A stretch of DNA of 64,000 nt, taken from contig OX597820.1 of assembly GCA_951406725.2 (NCBI GenBank), forward strand, positions 96,906,001-96,970,000. The letters are read 5' to 3'. Both the position numbers and the translations under genes were made by a program. The notes beneath the pieces are model-generated. The model had not been told where the DNA came from. It searched no databases and saw only the letters and a program-made list of their open reading frames with translations. Positions 37,505 through 51,769 of the stretch are shown in pieces. Every line of letters begins with the position of its first letter. Within the stretch, counting starts at the first letter, position 1. The stretch is from Octopus vulgaris. Its lineage: Eukaryota.

Positions 37505-38260
37505 CTGACAAAGAAATAGGAATTGAGTTCCATAAGGCAGATATGAAACTACAGCAGAGACACTCTTCTAATGAAGAAACTACAGGAGAAAGAAACTATA
37601 AAATAAAAGAGGATAGCTACAGTGATAGAGAGAGGATTGGTCAAAAGATGACATAATTGAATTATAAACTTTTCAAGGGGCAAGAAAAGAGAGTTTGGCA
37701 GAACAATGACCATAGAAATAAATTTGTTATCCACATAGCTATGTCTGGATCCTATATTTATAAACAACTCTGAGAGTCTTAATTACATGCTAAAACTAAA
37801 TCTAAGACTAGATATGGTTGAATAAAAGATTAACTTTCATCTACGCAATAACTGTGCTACTGTGTTAATGAAAGTTGTGAAGCATGCTTTGATGGTCCAT
37901 ACTTCACAAGTAAAGGAGTAAATAAAATTTACATGATGCAGGGGTGTATCAGCCTTCAATCTGATGAAGTTAATGTTATTGTGATTTCAAGTGGGCTTGT
38001 GTTGAATGACATTACTGTAGATTACAAGACTGGAGTAAATGGAGAAGAAAAAGAACTTTAGTGTAGAAGTCCTTGACACTGTCTACAAGAGCTTACACAA
38101 TGAAAACTGGAATAGAAAGGCGAGCAATAGTAAACAGACACTTAAAACAATTTTTCAGCTTTGACAACAGAAGAGCAATAAAAAAGAATGCAAACTTAAA
38201 CATGGGAAATTCACAAATGTTATTGCCAACACCAAAAGACTCACTGTTTAGTGACCTGAC

Positions 38261-38293
<33 letters not shown>

Positions 38294-38743
38294 TACCGTC
38301 ACCATCGTCATCACCATCATCATCATCATCATCATTGTCATCATCTTCATCGTCATCATCATCGCCGTCGCTGTCATCATTATCATCATCATTGTCATCG
38401 TCTTCATCACTGTCATTGTCATCATCGCCATTGTTTTATTGCCCATTTTTCCATGCTTCCATTCAAATGGAATTTGTTAAGACAAGTTTTCTACGATTGG
38501 AGGCTCATCATGTTGCCAACCCTCACCTATTTCCAAACAAGGTAATATTTCTCCACGTTTTTCACAAAAGATTGGAAACAAACAACATTGCTTGTATGAT
38601 GGTTATGCTTGTTTACAACCATCACATAATGTCAAGACAAGGGTTCACACACACACACACACACACACACACCAACACACACATGCATACACACACACAT
38701 GTACATTTATGTGTATATATATCATCATCATTCTTTAACATCC

Positions 38744-38784
<41 letters not shown>

Positions 38785-38816
38785 CCCATGCTAGCATGGA
38801 AAGCGGACGTTAAACA

Positions 38817-38848
<32 letters not shown>

Positions 38849-39371
38849 ATATACACATACTAACAAACTGAGGAAACAAAATCCTTCAAAGGGGTGTTAA
38901 ATATCCAATTCATTGGTACTTCAGTTTGATATCATATAAATATTGGTATAATTTAATAATAAAGATAGATTAAGTTTAGAGATATTCTATTGACATCCAA
39001 TAATTTATTTATATCACAATATTACATTAAATACTATAAATATAGTATATAACATAACATAATATTATATAAATAATTATAAAAACCATAAAAGTCCAAC
39101 AAATTGCTTTGACCTATATATTTTTTCAGATATACATAATCACAGTTCAATTATATATAAATCACTTTAGGGTTAATCGATTCAGGAAGATGAAACCCCA
39201 TCTGGAAAGGACAGCTGGACTATAAAAATTTATTCAAATATCTGTGAGATTTAATTATTCATTCTTACATGAATTACAATTAAAAAACAACAAAACATTT
39301 TAACGGACTATACAATCAAGTAAGTGCAATCCACAACCATCAAAATTCACTTCATTATATCTCAAACACAC

Positions 39372-39404
<33 letters not shown>

Positions 39405-39410
<6 letters not shown>

Positions 39411-39712
39411 TTCTTTGTTCCCTTTTGAGTCATGCCTGGCTCATAGGGCCGGTTTTCCAGTTTCCTTGGGGTATAGGTTCCCCACCTAGATGGGACGCCA
39501 GTCTGTCGCAGGTGAGCTGCAAGATGCTGGAGGAAAGAGTGAGAGAGAGCTGTGGCGAAAGAGTCAGCAGAAGTTCGCCAGTACCTTCTGCTGGAGCTGT
39601 GAGGAGCTTAGGTGTTTCGCTCATAAACACACACATCACCCGGTCTGAGATTTGAACCCGCGCTCCCTCAACCGCAAATTCGCTGCTCCAACCACTAGGC
39701 CATGTGCCTCCA
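39405..39712 (-). mobile_element. tRNA-derived SINE (family D)
   Basis: Minus strand TGGCCTAGTGG A box and GGTTCAAATC B box, tail (AAC)n. Related copy at 55095-55342; sits back-to-back with family A at 39714. Confidence 0.85.
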
Positions 39713-39873
39713 CAGGAGTGGCTGTGTGGTAAGTAGCTTGCTAACCAACCACATGGTTCCGGGTTCAGTCCCACTGTGTGGCACCTTGGGCAAGTGTCTT
39801 CTACTATAGCCTCGGGCCGACCAAAGACTTGTGAGTGGATTTGGTAGACGGAAACTGAAAGAAGACGGTCGTA

Positions 39874-39919
<46 letters not shown>

Positions 39920-40130
39920 CATGTGTGTATGTGTTTGTGTGTCTGTGTTTGTCCCCCTAGCATTGCTTGACAACCGATGCTGGTGTGTTTATGTCCCCGT
40001 CACTTAGCGGTTCGGCAAAAGAGACCAATAGAATAAATACTGGGCTTACAAAGAATAAATCCTGGGGTCGATTTGCTCGACTAAAGGCGGTGCTCCAGCA
40101 TGGCTGCAGTCAAATGACTGAAACAAGTAA

Positions 40131-40161
<31 letters not shown>

Positions 40162-41454
40162 TAGTCAAATCAAATAAATGATCATTAAAAATAACAATCA
40201 CAAACAACAAGAGGTCATGCACATGGAATGTACTAGTATGGTGCTCAGTAAAAAGAGAGAGTTGTTGATGTTTCAAGCATAGCTCTTTGTTGGAAAGGAA
40301 AACGGAAAAGTCCAAAGAAGGAAAAAAAAAACACCAACAGCACATGTATAGTTAGATAGCATGATGGGCTTCATCTTATTTTCATCTACCAATTCCTTTT
40401 GCAAGACTTTGGTTGGTGAGGAACTATGGCAGAAGACTTGGTGCCATGTAGTGGGACTGAACCTGAGACCACATGGTTGGGAACCAAGCTTCTTAACCAC
40501 ATAGCCACACCTACACCTGTTATATACTTATAATAAAACATTTCTTATTCAAATCCTTGAAGTATAAAAGTCTTAAATAAGTAAATCCCTTCTTAGACCC
40601 TAAATGGTGCTCTGGATTAGTGCTTTAATCTGTTTCCTGGAGTTGCATATCTCCTGTAGGATGTGATGCCAGTCTATCAGAAGTAAGAAACTGAACTCAG
40701 TGAAAGATAGTGATAAAAAAATATATCAAATTTTCAGTATTGCTGTTGCTTATAGCAGTGAAATATACCACTTTGCAGTACCTAGATACAACTTGGTTGC
40801 TATTGCTGTTGTATAACCCCAAGTAAGTTCTCATCAAGTAGACCTATTGAACAAGAATATTCTGGACATGACCATCCATCCCATCTTTCGATATATCTAG
40901 AGCTATATTATTCAACTTACATTCCATTTTTTAGATAATGGTGCTGGTGCTGGATGGTGGAGGCAGTGGTAGTGGTGGTGATGATGGCAGTGTTGGCGGT
41001 GGTGGAGGCAGTGGTGGCAGTGCCAGTGGTAGTGGTGGTGGTGATGATGGTGGCAGTGGTGTGTGTGTATGTATGCATGTGTGTATGTGTGTGTTGGGTG
41101 GGTGTTTGGTGTTGTTGTGTATCTGTGGTGAGTGGGTGGGTGTTTGGTGGTGGGTGGGAGGGCTTGTGGTAGTAGTGACGGTGGCAGCAGCAGTGGCAGA
41201 GGTGGTGGGGGGGGGGTATGAAGCTGTTTGGCTGCTTTTTCTTGCAGGTTGAATGAGTTATGTCAGAACCATTCATGTTGGCTATAATTTGGTCTGCCGA
41301 ATTAGTGAAAGTTAACCCTTTAGCATTGAAACTGGCCATATCCAGCCCCCAAATATTCTACCTGTTGCACATTGAAACTGGCCAGATCCAGCCTCTAACA
41401 CTTACCCTACAAAAATTCCTTTTTATAAAGTCTATCATAAAACTAAATTAGATT

Positions 41455-41650
41455 GTATTTACATGGAGAAGAATGTAAGTTAAATATGTGAAGTATCCAT
41501 AAGTATGATCTTTTGTAATTTTGGGACCATCAGGAATTTGGACTACATATTTTCTTGCTGCTTTCAATATCATTCTGAGTGCCCTGATAACAATAGGTAA
41601 TGCTGCTGCCCTGAGATGCTGCATTCTTCTGATTTCTGTCTCCAAGTCTA
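41455..41650 (-). mobile_element. C-terminal fragment of another R4/Dong-like family
   Basis: ETEIRRMQHLRAAALPIVIRALRMILKAARKYVVQIPDGP resembles the EI.RMW..K..IP.VIGALG.I motif. Confidence 0.75.
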
Positions 41651-41666
41651 TATATTTGTTTAATCA

Positions 41667-42740
41667 CTGGCCTCTGTGATGTGGGCACATAACAAACACC
41701 ATCCGATCGTGGCCGTCCGCCAGCCTCATCTGGCACCTGTGTCGGTGGCACATAAAAACACCAACCGAAGACCCGGCAAGTCTAATCAGGCCATAACCCA
41801 TGGCCCCTACTTGGGACGTAGTCAGTCCACCTGTGCATACCTTCCTTCCTTCTTGTGACACTTGTGAAGACCTGTGAAGACCTGTTGAGGCAAGTGAAAA
41901 TCAAATCAAATCAAATCAAAATAGATGAACATCAATGGAATTTGTATCTTGTGGTACCAGTGCCGGTGGCACACAAGAAAACCATCCGAACGTGGCCGTA
42001 GCCAGTACCGCATCGACTGGCCTCCGTGCTGTGGGCACGCAACAAACACCATCCGATCGTGGCCGTTCGCCAGCCTCATCTGGCACCTGTGTCGGTGGCA
42101 CATAAAAACACCATCCGAAGACCCGGCAAGACTAGTCAGGCCATAACCCGTGGCCCCTACCTGGGACGTAGTCAGTCCACCTGTGCATACCTTCCTTCTT
42201 GTGACACTTGTGAAGACCTGTTGAGGCAAGTGAAAATCAAATCAAATCAAATCAAAACAAATCAAAATAGATGAACATCAATGGAATTTGTATCTTTGTG
42301 GTACCAGTGCCGGTGGCACACAAGAAAATCATCCGAACGTGGCCGTAGCCAGTACCGCATAGACTGGCCTCCGTGCTTTGGGGACGTAACAAACACCATC
42401 CGATCGTGGCCGTCCGCCAGCCTCATCTGGCACCTGTGTCGGTGGCACATAAAAACACCATCCAAGCGTGGCCGTCTGCCAGCCTCGTCTGGCACCTGTG
42501 TCGGTGGCACATAAAAACACCATCCGAGCGTGGCCGTTCGCCAGCCTCGTCTGGCACCTGTGTCGGTGGCACATAAAATCACCCACTACACTCTCGGAGT
42601 GGTTGGCGTTAGGAAGGGCATCCAGCTGTAGAAACACTGCCAGATCTGACTGGCCTGGTGCAGCCTTCGGGCTCCCCAGACCCCAGTTGAACCGTCCAAC
42701 CCATGCTAGCATGGAAAACGGACGCTAAATGATGATGATG
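41667..42740 (+). mobile_element. Family C element with nested tandem expansion (~59-bp and ~350-bp periods)
   Basis: Repeats of ggcacataaaaacaccatcc..gccagcctcatctggcacctgtgtcggt; a larger unit ending in (aaatc)n occurs twice. Confidence 0.88.
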
Positions 42741-43229
42741 TACTGAGATGCATCTGGGATCCTAACAATCACCTAAAGTTGCCTTTTCAACATGATTTTT
42801 CACAATATCTGTTCAGTTACCCTGTTCAATTGCCACTGCTGTCATCACCACCACAACCCCCTCACACCCACCACCAAGCACCCACCCACTCACCACACAC
42901 ACACACACACAGATATACAACAACACCAAGCACCCAACCAACACACACATACACACATGCATACATACACACACACACACACCACTGCCACCACTATCAC
43001 CACCACCACTATCACCACCACCATTATCACCACCACTATTACCACCACTACCACTGGCACTGCCACCACCGCCACAACTACCATCATCACCACCACTACC
43101 ACTGCCACTGCTACCACTGCCTCAGTCTGAACACTGAATTTATAAAGGATCTAACTTCAGCATTCTACTCAATTTGTGGCAGTTTATGTTCCAACCAATT
43201 CTCTTTGTGAGTGAGGTTCTGTTTACACT

Positions 43230-43660
43230 ATGGTGATCCGTGCATGTACTGAGCTTCCTTGTCGTGTTGTGCAAATACTCTGTTGGTGCCACTCAGCTTC
43301 ATTCGGGGATTATGTAGTCAGTTTTTCTCTGGCACTAATATACCCCTCAGTTTCTGACTTCAGGCCAGAGCATGCCAGTCCCTGATGGTTAAGGGTTTGG
43401 TCAAGATCTAATCAGGTATTTGACATGCAGTGGTTCTTGTTCCCATTTCTTCTAAGTGTATTGGGGGTTGATTTGTTTGGCTGCATTTTTTATTTGCATT
43501 GTTTTTTCAGTTGGGGACTCATTTCCATCAGGTAGTAGTTCATTTAATTGTATTTTCTAAAGGAATATTGTTGCTTTTTTCATCATTAAGTGCAACTTTT
43601 TGGTACCTTCATGTTTCAGAACCAGCTTTACCATCCAGTCATTTGTTAGTTGCAGGTAAG
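43230..43660 (-). mobile_element. Degenerate R4/Dong-like post-RT region
   Basis: WEQEPLHVKY, GLKSETEGYISA and QHDKEAQYMH correspond to the W..K.LHGKY, LK.ETEG.I.A and RHD.V...IH motifs. Confidence 0.7.
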
Positions 43661-43918
43661 CAGAAGGTAAATATGGCAATGAAGATGATTGAGAATGAAA
43701 CAGTCTAAATGAAATTACTGTAGTTTTCCTGGATTCAGGTTCAACATCCACAAGAATCATTCTTATTATTCATCTCTCCTAAGTCAGATAAATAAATACC
43801 TTGAATAAATTGTCGTCAGTTCAATTGATTAGTCCCTTCTCTTTCAAAAAAATGCCCTTGAGCTGATGTAGAAGATCAAAACAAAAAAGAAAAAAGGTAA
43901 CATTGATAGAAATATTAC

Positions 43919-43965
43919 CAAATTCCTCTTGCTTAGTGTTAACCTTATAATTAACAGTGAAACAC
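43919..43965 (-). CDS. Candidate coding exon 2 (R-CFTVNYKVNTKQEEF-G)
   Basis: Acceptor ttttcagttttgcag, donor TTG|gtaata. 47 nt, open in phase 2 to phase 1. Confidence 0.55.
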
Positions 43966-45300
43966 CTGCAAAACTGAAAATGCTATTTTGACACAAATTC
44001 ACATAGCTATTCTCCCTGCATTGATTTTCTTTCAACCATGTATAATTAATTATAAATAGCATAGAACAAATCTGTTTCTTTAGAAGGATTTTTATATATT
44101 TTTATATATTTTATGACAATCTCTCTCTCTCTGATTCCTGTTGTGTTATGTCCTATTGAGTATCCAGTAAATTACTGCAACACAGAGATCCCTTTTAACC
44201 CCCTTTGTTTCAGTTTATTTCAGAAAATAATGAAGAACTCAGTATAACTTTGTCATTATTAAACTGGTATTAGGGCAGTAAACTGACAGAACCATCAGAA
44301 CATTGAAAAATACTTTGTGGCATTTCTTGTGGACTAATATGTTATGAGTTCAAATCCTGCCAGGGTCAATTTTACTTTTTATTCCTCCAGAATCAATAAA
44401 ATAAAATTCCACTCAGTACTATGGTCGATGGTAGCAATGAAACCATAACCCTAAAAACTGCTGCTTTAGTGTCTAAATCAAAAGCCATTATTAGTTCTTT
44501 AGCATTTAAACTGACCATATGCACCCCAAATATTCTATCTGTTTAATGATCAAACTGGCAAGATCCAGCTGTTCACTCTTATCCTATATTATCGTTTTAA
44601 CAATAAACAACTATATCATCCAAATCTCAAAACTACAAGATAATGGCTAATTAATTCAAAGAATATGAGTTAATTAGCATTACATTTAACAAAGTAATTT
44701 GTATACTTAAGGGTTAAGCTGGTGTCAGGTTGGTGAACTGGCAGAAACATTAGAGTGTTGGCAAAAATATCTTATAGTATTTCGTTTGGCTCTTTACATT
44801 TTGAGTTCAAATCTTGTGAAAGCCAACTTTGCCTTTGAGGCCAATAAAATAATGTACTAGTCAAGTCTTGGAGTCGATGATATTAACTAACTATCACTTC
44901 TCAAGGTTGCTGGCCTTGTACCTTAGTTTGAAACCATTATTAAACTGGTATTTGCAATATAAATTAGCATGGAATTTTAATGCAAGGTTTTAATTCAGAC
45001 TGCTTTTAAAAAGGTGGGGGCAGTCTCAGGTGGGTTGGTATCAAAAGGAGTAAAGCCTTTGTAGTCAGGAGTTGAATTCATTATTACAGCCCATTGAAAC
45101 ACTTGTCAATTATCACGAAATTGCTGTTTTATTAAGTTTGGTGTAGATGTGGTTGTGTGGTAAGAAACTTGCTTCCCAAACACATGGTTATGGGTTCAGT
45201 TCCACAGCATGGCACCTTGGGCAAATATCTTTTACTATAGCCACAGGTCAATCAAAGCCTTGTGAGTATATTTGGTACACAGAAACTGGAAGAAGCCAGT

Positions 45301-45358
<58 letters not shown>

Positions 45359-45391
45359 CATGTATATATATGTATACATACATATATATAT

Positions 45392-45471
<80 letters not shown>

Positions 45472-45921
45472 GTAACAGGAAAGGAAGAATTTCAATTATT
45501 CCCATATGGTGAGTTGTAATATATATAAGAAATTAAAGAAGGAAAATACACACACTTTACACAGTTTTAACATAATTTTTAATATATCGACTGGTTTCAT
45601 TTTTGCTATCCATGACATTAAGATTTAATTTAATCATTTAAACACGTATTTTCTTAAGAAGAAATTTTTTTGGTCCATGTTGTATGTGATATTTCTGAGT
45701 GAATGATACAAACAGCAGAAAAACTCAGGGGAGGTAATTGGTTATCGTTATTATTGTTATCATTGTGGGCAGGGGAGATAACTGTTCAGCCTTTGGTGGG
45801 GGGGATATATATATACATACACAAAAATTCAAAAACTAGTTTAGTGAGGAGATGTATGTACAGTGATGTAATCATGAATTAAGATATGTAAAGAGATCAA
45901 AGTTGGTTATGCGTGTAATAT

Positions 45922-46330
45922 TTAAATGTGTTCTGTATTTTTCAAAGAAAAAAGTTTCTTTAATTGTAGAGAAATTGTATCTTTGCACTGGTAGAAGGAA
46001 AAGACTGTGAAATTTGGTTTGATGTTACCTGCACATTTCTCTATGTGTTCACTTAGTGGAATTTGTCTGTTTTGTGTGAACCAGATCTGCTCTTTATGTA
46101 GAGTGGTTCTCTGTCTCAAAGTCATACTCGTCTATCCAATATAGTGTTGTCCACAACCCGAGCAGGTTATTACATAAATTAGGTTCTCAGGGGCTCAAGT
46201 GAAACTGGTTTTGATTGTGAAGCTCTCTCCTTGTTTGAAAAGGAAATCCGAGCCTTCAAGTAGGTTGGGGCATGTTCCACAGTTTAGGTGTCCAAAGCTT
46301 TTAACCGTTGGTTTCATGGTTGTTTTGTAA
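45922..46330 (-). mobile_element. Penelope-like element GIY-YIG endonuclease remnant
   Basis: NCGTCPNL..FT*APENLIYVITCSGCGQHYIG*TSMTLRQRTTLHKEQI..PLSEHIEKC. Confidence 0.9.
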
Positions 46331-47639
46331 ATCCAAATGAAGAACTCGTCAAATAGGAAATAATTGATGATGCAATTATTCTTTTACTTGTTTCAGTCAT
46401 TTGACTGCAGTCATGCTGGAGCAATGACGTTAGTCGAAGAAATCAACCCCAGGACTTATTTTTGAAAGCCTAGTACTTATCCAATTGGTCACTTTGCCAA
46501 ACCATTAAGTTTCAGGGACGTAAACACATTAATATCAGTTGTCAAGCAATGGCAGGAGGACAAACACAGACACACAAATACATACATATATGCATATATA
46601 TATATAGGGAGAATTGACAAAAAAAAAACAAAAGACGAAGACAGGTGGTGTAGAAAGCAAACAGATGTATTAGTATAACGCTCGGGAATTAAAAAAGTCT
46701 TTAACGTTTTGAGCCTACGCTCTTCCACAGAAAGAAACAAGGTGAGAAAAAAGATATATATATATACAATGGGCTTCTTTCACTTTCTCTCTGCCAAATC
46801 CACTCACAAGGTTTTGGTTGGCCTGACGGTATAGTAGAAGACACTTGCCCAAGGTACCATGCAGCGGAACGGAACCCGGAACCAGGTGATTAGGAAGCAA
46901 GTTTCTTACCAGATAAACAAGCCTGCGCCTGATTAAAACAAGTAGCATATTTGGGTCAGATATGGCCTGCTTAAATGCTAAAGGGTTAAAAGTGTAAAAA
47001 TTATAAAAGATCGAATTATCGAGGAAAAATGAAACCCTTAAGTACATCACTAGAAAATAAAGAAAAATAAATAATGGGGGGTGGGTAAGCAACAGAAGTT
47101 GGTAGGGGAGGGGTGATGGGTTGTATACACCTCAAAACAAACGGTGTATTTAACTGTGCCTCATGGACATGATTGTGTGGTCCTGATTGTTTACCAACAG
47201 TAAATTTTAATTATTCATATAACCCGTTTATAATTAGACTAACATATTTGAGACAGGAAACACCAAAGCTTCATTGAAACAGCTAACTGTAGTTCATAAA
47301 GCTAAAAAGGAACATTATATGCATCATCATCATCAGCAGTGGCAGCAGCATTTAGATTTTTTTGCTTTTATTCTTTCACTTGTTTCAGTCATTAGTCTGT
47401 GGCCAAGCTGGGCCACAACCTTAAAGAATTTTTAGCCAAATGAATTGATGCCAGTAACTTTTTTTTTTTTCTCATAGCCTGGTACTTATTTTATTGCTCT
47501 CTTTTGCTGAGCTGCTAAGTTATGGGGATGTGAACATACCAATATCAGTTGTCATGCAGTGGTGGGAGACAAACATAGACATAATCACACACACAAACTC
47601 ACTTATACACACACATGCATATTTATATATACACACACT

Positions 47640-47737
<98 letters not shown>

Positions 47738-47851
47738 CACATATGTATATATATACATATATATATATACATACACAGATATATATATATACATATATCA
47801 TCATCATCATCATCATCGTTTAACGTCCGCTTTCCATGCTAGCATGGGTTG

Positions 47852-47904
<53 letters not shown>

Positions 47905-48551
47905 ACTTATAAACAAGGGCAAAAGAAAATTATTTCTATGCCAATATGCTGATAATAGACTTTTAAATCGTCAATTTCCACATATTATTATGTGGAAGTA
48001 TGTTGTGCTGAAATCGAGGAAAGCTTACCCAACAGAATTTTTTTAAAAGTTCGTTATCTCTATATTGAGATCTCATAATTTATATAGATTTATATATATA
48101 TATATATATACATATATATGATGGGTTCTTTCAGTTTCTCTCTACCAAAACCACTCTCATGGCTTTAGTTGGCCTCAGGCTATGATAGAAAACACTTGCC
48201 CAATGAGCCAAGTTGTGAGACTGAACCAAGAACCGTGTGGTTAAGAAGCAAGTTGAGGTGGTGCAGATATAAGAGTGTAGGGAAATGATACTCAGTAATC
48301 CTTTTGATATCATGATTTTTTTGAAACACACACTAACTTTTTCCTTAATTTTTTACTTGCTTTAGTTATTAGCCTGCAGTCATGCTGGGGCATCACCTTG
48401 AAGAATTTTAATTAAATAAATTGATCCCAGTAGTTAATTGTTTTGTAAGCCTTGTACTTATTCTATCAATCTCCCATTCAAAACCACTAAACAACCTAAT
48501 ACCTGTTGTCAAATAGCGTAGGGGATAAACACGGACACACACCTATATCTG

Positions 48552-48643
<92 letters not shown>

Positions 48644-49254
48644 AAGGGTTTCTTTCAGTTTCTGTCAACCAAATCCATTCACAATGCTTTGGTTGGCCTG
48701 AGGCTTTAGCAGAAAACACTGCCATGTAGTAGGATTGAACCTGGAACCATGTGGTTGAGAAGCAAGCTTCTTACCATATAGCCATGCCTGAAAATAATGA
48801 AGAATTTAGTAAAAATAATTTATCATTAATAAGCTAGTGTCTGGAATATAAACCACCATGAAATTTTGATAAAAGGTTTCCATTTAACCTTTAGCACACT
48901 GCATTTTTTTCCAGAATTGTTTCCCCTGCCATAGCCCTGTTACAAGAGGAGAGAAAACTCATACAGTGATATAGTGCACCTACAGTATGCTAAAGATTAA
49001 GTCACTTTAAAATAGGAAGTTTTCCTCAGAGGACTTGGGGGTGGTGTCAGAGAGAATGATATCAAGTGTGTTAAATGTCTAGTTCTATGGTGATTCAAAT
49101 TACAAATAAGTCTTCTTTACCATTTTTTCTTTTTCTTTTTTGCTTCCATGACTCATTCTTCTAGGACTTCCACAATGAATCCTTTCGTTTACCTTTTACT
49201 TCTTTCAGGCATTGGACTGCAACTATGCTTGGGCACCACCTTGAAAATTTTCAG

Positions 49255-51689
49255 TACTTCTTCTTGCTGGGGACTTTTGTCAAATCCTTCCTATTATCCC
49301 AAAAAGCACACCAGCTGATGAATTAAATGCTTGCCTTAAAATTCTCAACTTTGGCGCTCTGTCCAGTCAAGAATATTAATCATAAACATGCGTTCCATTC
49401 TCCACCAACAAGATGATGACAATTCCTTTGCTCCAAAGTTATTGGGTGTCGGGAATGGAAGCTTACCACTCGGCATAAATGGTTTGGCTGACATAAGCAC
49501 CATTGGTAACTACATCTCCAGCCCTGAGGAGCTATGCAGTTTACCCCAACCTCTCTACCAATTACATAATTCATGAATGGATGTGTGAAAGAGCCATCTT
49601 TGCTCCAACAAATTCCACCATTCAAGCCCTAAACACATGTCTGCTTTGTCAACTTCCTGACCAAGAGTGATGCTATGTTTTGGTTGATTCAGTTACTGAT
49701 CCAACACAAGTAATGTTTTTCCCAACAGAGCTTTTAAACTCACAAGAATCATAGGGATTGCCACTGCATAAACTTAGCCTTAAACTTGGTTGTCCCATTA
49801 TACTCTTGAGGAATTTGGAGCCTCCTCGGCTTTGCAATGGCATATGTTTGACTGTTAAGCAAATATTTGATAATGTTCTCGAAGCCACAATCATCACAGG
49901 AAAATGCACTGGCGAGTCTGCTTTTATTCCCTGAGATCTACTTTTGACTGTGTCTTTGCTATGAAAAGAGTCCACTTCCCCATTCAATTAAGCTTTGCTA
50001 TTGTAGCGTAACTGATATCTCACTGTTTGAGAGACATATTAAAAATAATCATGTGGTAAATAACAACCATCTTTGGCTAGTTTGACCCTGTTGTGTCCAC
50101 TGCTCTGATTGGTTGGCATTGGTGCAGTTTGTCTGTCGACTAATTTCATGCCAGTGTGTAAGCCAACCAATCATGGCCTTCAGATAAGCTGCTTTATTTG
50201 AGCCACCTTAACCCTATAAAAAGGTGGGATCGACAGAATATTATTCGTCTTTGGCTCTAGACCTTCTAAGGTCTAGTCACTAACCACAGAGCACTCAACC
50301 ATGTTCCAGCAACACTGGTCATAGGGTTCCAGTCCCTTTCAGGACTAACCTCTGACCGCCAAGCGACTCAGCCATGTTCCAATTGACCAGTCAGCCAACC
50401 ATGTTCCTGATCCAGCCATGACAACACTAATATACACCAGCAGCGTAGGACGTCTCCACCATTGTCAACTTCAAATATGTACACTGCACTCGCTCAGGTT
50501 TAAACTCCGTGCTATTGTGAATATTTCACCAAGGTAAACAGTTCCAGTCTACCTGAAAGAACTTCCTGTATCAAGAGACTCGGTACAGCATTGAAACCAC
50601 AACCGCTACATGACATGTATTCAACCAGTCTTCTGCCTTGTGACCCCAAAATCTTGTTACAGAACTATTGCTATTGTGAACCTCACTTACGAACTGGTAA
50701 ACTAATTCCATCTTAACTCAATATGCTGACCTTATGCTCTGTATTCTGTTTTATACACATACACCTTCTGTTGCACACACAAACACACAGACACAAACAC
50801 TTGTCGCATGCACACAGACACTCCACTTTGCTAGCACTCACACACTCTCTCTCTATACATATCTGTAAATAAAGTCTTCTTCTCTCAAACAGTAGAACTG
50901 TTGTCATCCCTCATTCATTCCTTTTGGCACTGTATTTTATATCATGTATTTGGCTTCTTATTTTGTTAGGGGCGACCCTGTAGCATTTTAAAGGAGCCAT
51001 TTGTCACCAACTCCTTACGTATGGTCGTATTCCCTACACTATGACCATTAACAAAACCCAAGGTCAGTGGTTGGGCTGGACCTCAATACAACTTGCTTTT
51101 CACATGGACAGCTGTACATGGGGTATTCCAGAGTTGGAAACTCGGCCAATCTCTTCTACAATGCTCCTGAAAGATTGACAAAAAACGAGGTTTACAAGGC
51201 AGCCCTCTAATAGATTTTCCGTTGATTTGAAATCCTCTTCAGGTTGGCCTTTATTGTGCTTATTTACTCCTCACGGTAGGTTAAGTTAATCTTCCAACAA
51301 ATGCCTGTTGCTAAAATCAAGCAGTTTTTCATTTCAATGCACAGCTTCCCAGATGCCTCAGATAATTTCATATTGCAATCAAATATATTTCTTACAGATT
51401 GCCTTCATGTCTATAGAAATGTCACGTATGCTTTTTGTAGTGATTCTTCAGCCATCCTGTCAACTAAACAGCATTCCAAATGATAATTTTCCATATTTTC
51501 ACATTTTGATATCCGATATCTGCAAATACAACATGTTCCTTTTTGAATACCACTTATTTTTAATTTAATGTCTCAACTATGTCAAATAATTCTCAATTTT
51601 AAGCATAGACAGAGGTGGAAATTACACTATTTTAGACTCCAGTTCTATCACAAACTTACGCTGTCCAATGAACAGTGGGTGTTTGCTAG
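49255..51689 (+). mobile_element. Helitron 3' part (PIF1-like helicase pseudogene) split by a solo LTR
   Basis: LLAGDFCQILPIIPKSTPADELNACLK, LLRNLEPPRLCNG, SFA|MTINKTQGQ, CFSHGQLYMGYSRVG, TKNEVYKAAL*. A probable 3' end gggtgtttgCTAG|T lies at 51686-51690. Confidence 0.9.
50002..51038 (+). mobile_element. Solo LTR (1037 bp, Gypsy-like)
   Basis: TGTAG...CTACA termini; 4-bp TSD CTAT at 49998-50001 and 51039-51042; TATAAAA near 50215; AATAAA near 50868. Confidence 0.92.
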
Positions 51690-51705
51690 TAATTATATAT
51701 ATATA

Positions 51706-51768
<63 letters not shown>

Positions 51769-51769
<1 letters not shown>

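Noticed and set aside
37932-38029. Minus-strand segment with an excellent polypyrimidine acceptor
   Set aside because: Stops in all three frames. The same applies to candidates at 43800-43862, 51396-51519 and 53420-53472.
39640-39712. tRNA gene
   Set aside because: The A/B boxes run into SINE body and tail; no convincing cloverleaf. The same applies to 1955, 7811 and 20331.
45585-45735. Hammerhead at the 3' end of the Penelope remnant (CTGAG...GAAACCAGTC on minus)
   Set aside because: The CUGANGA box is incomplete and stem I does not pair.
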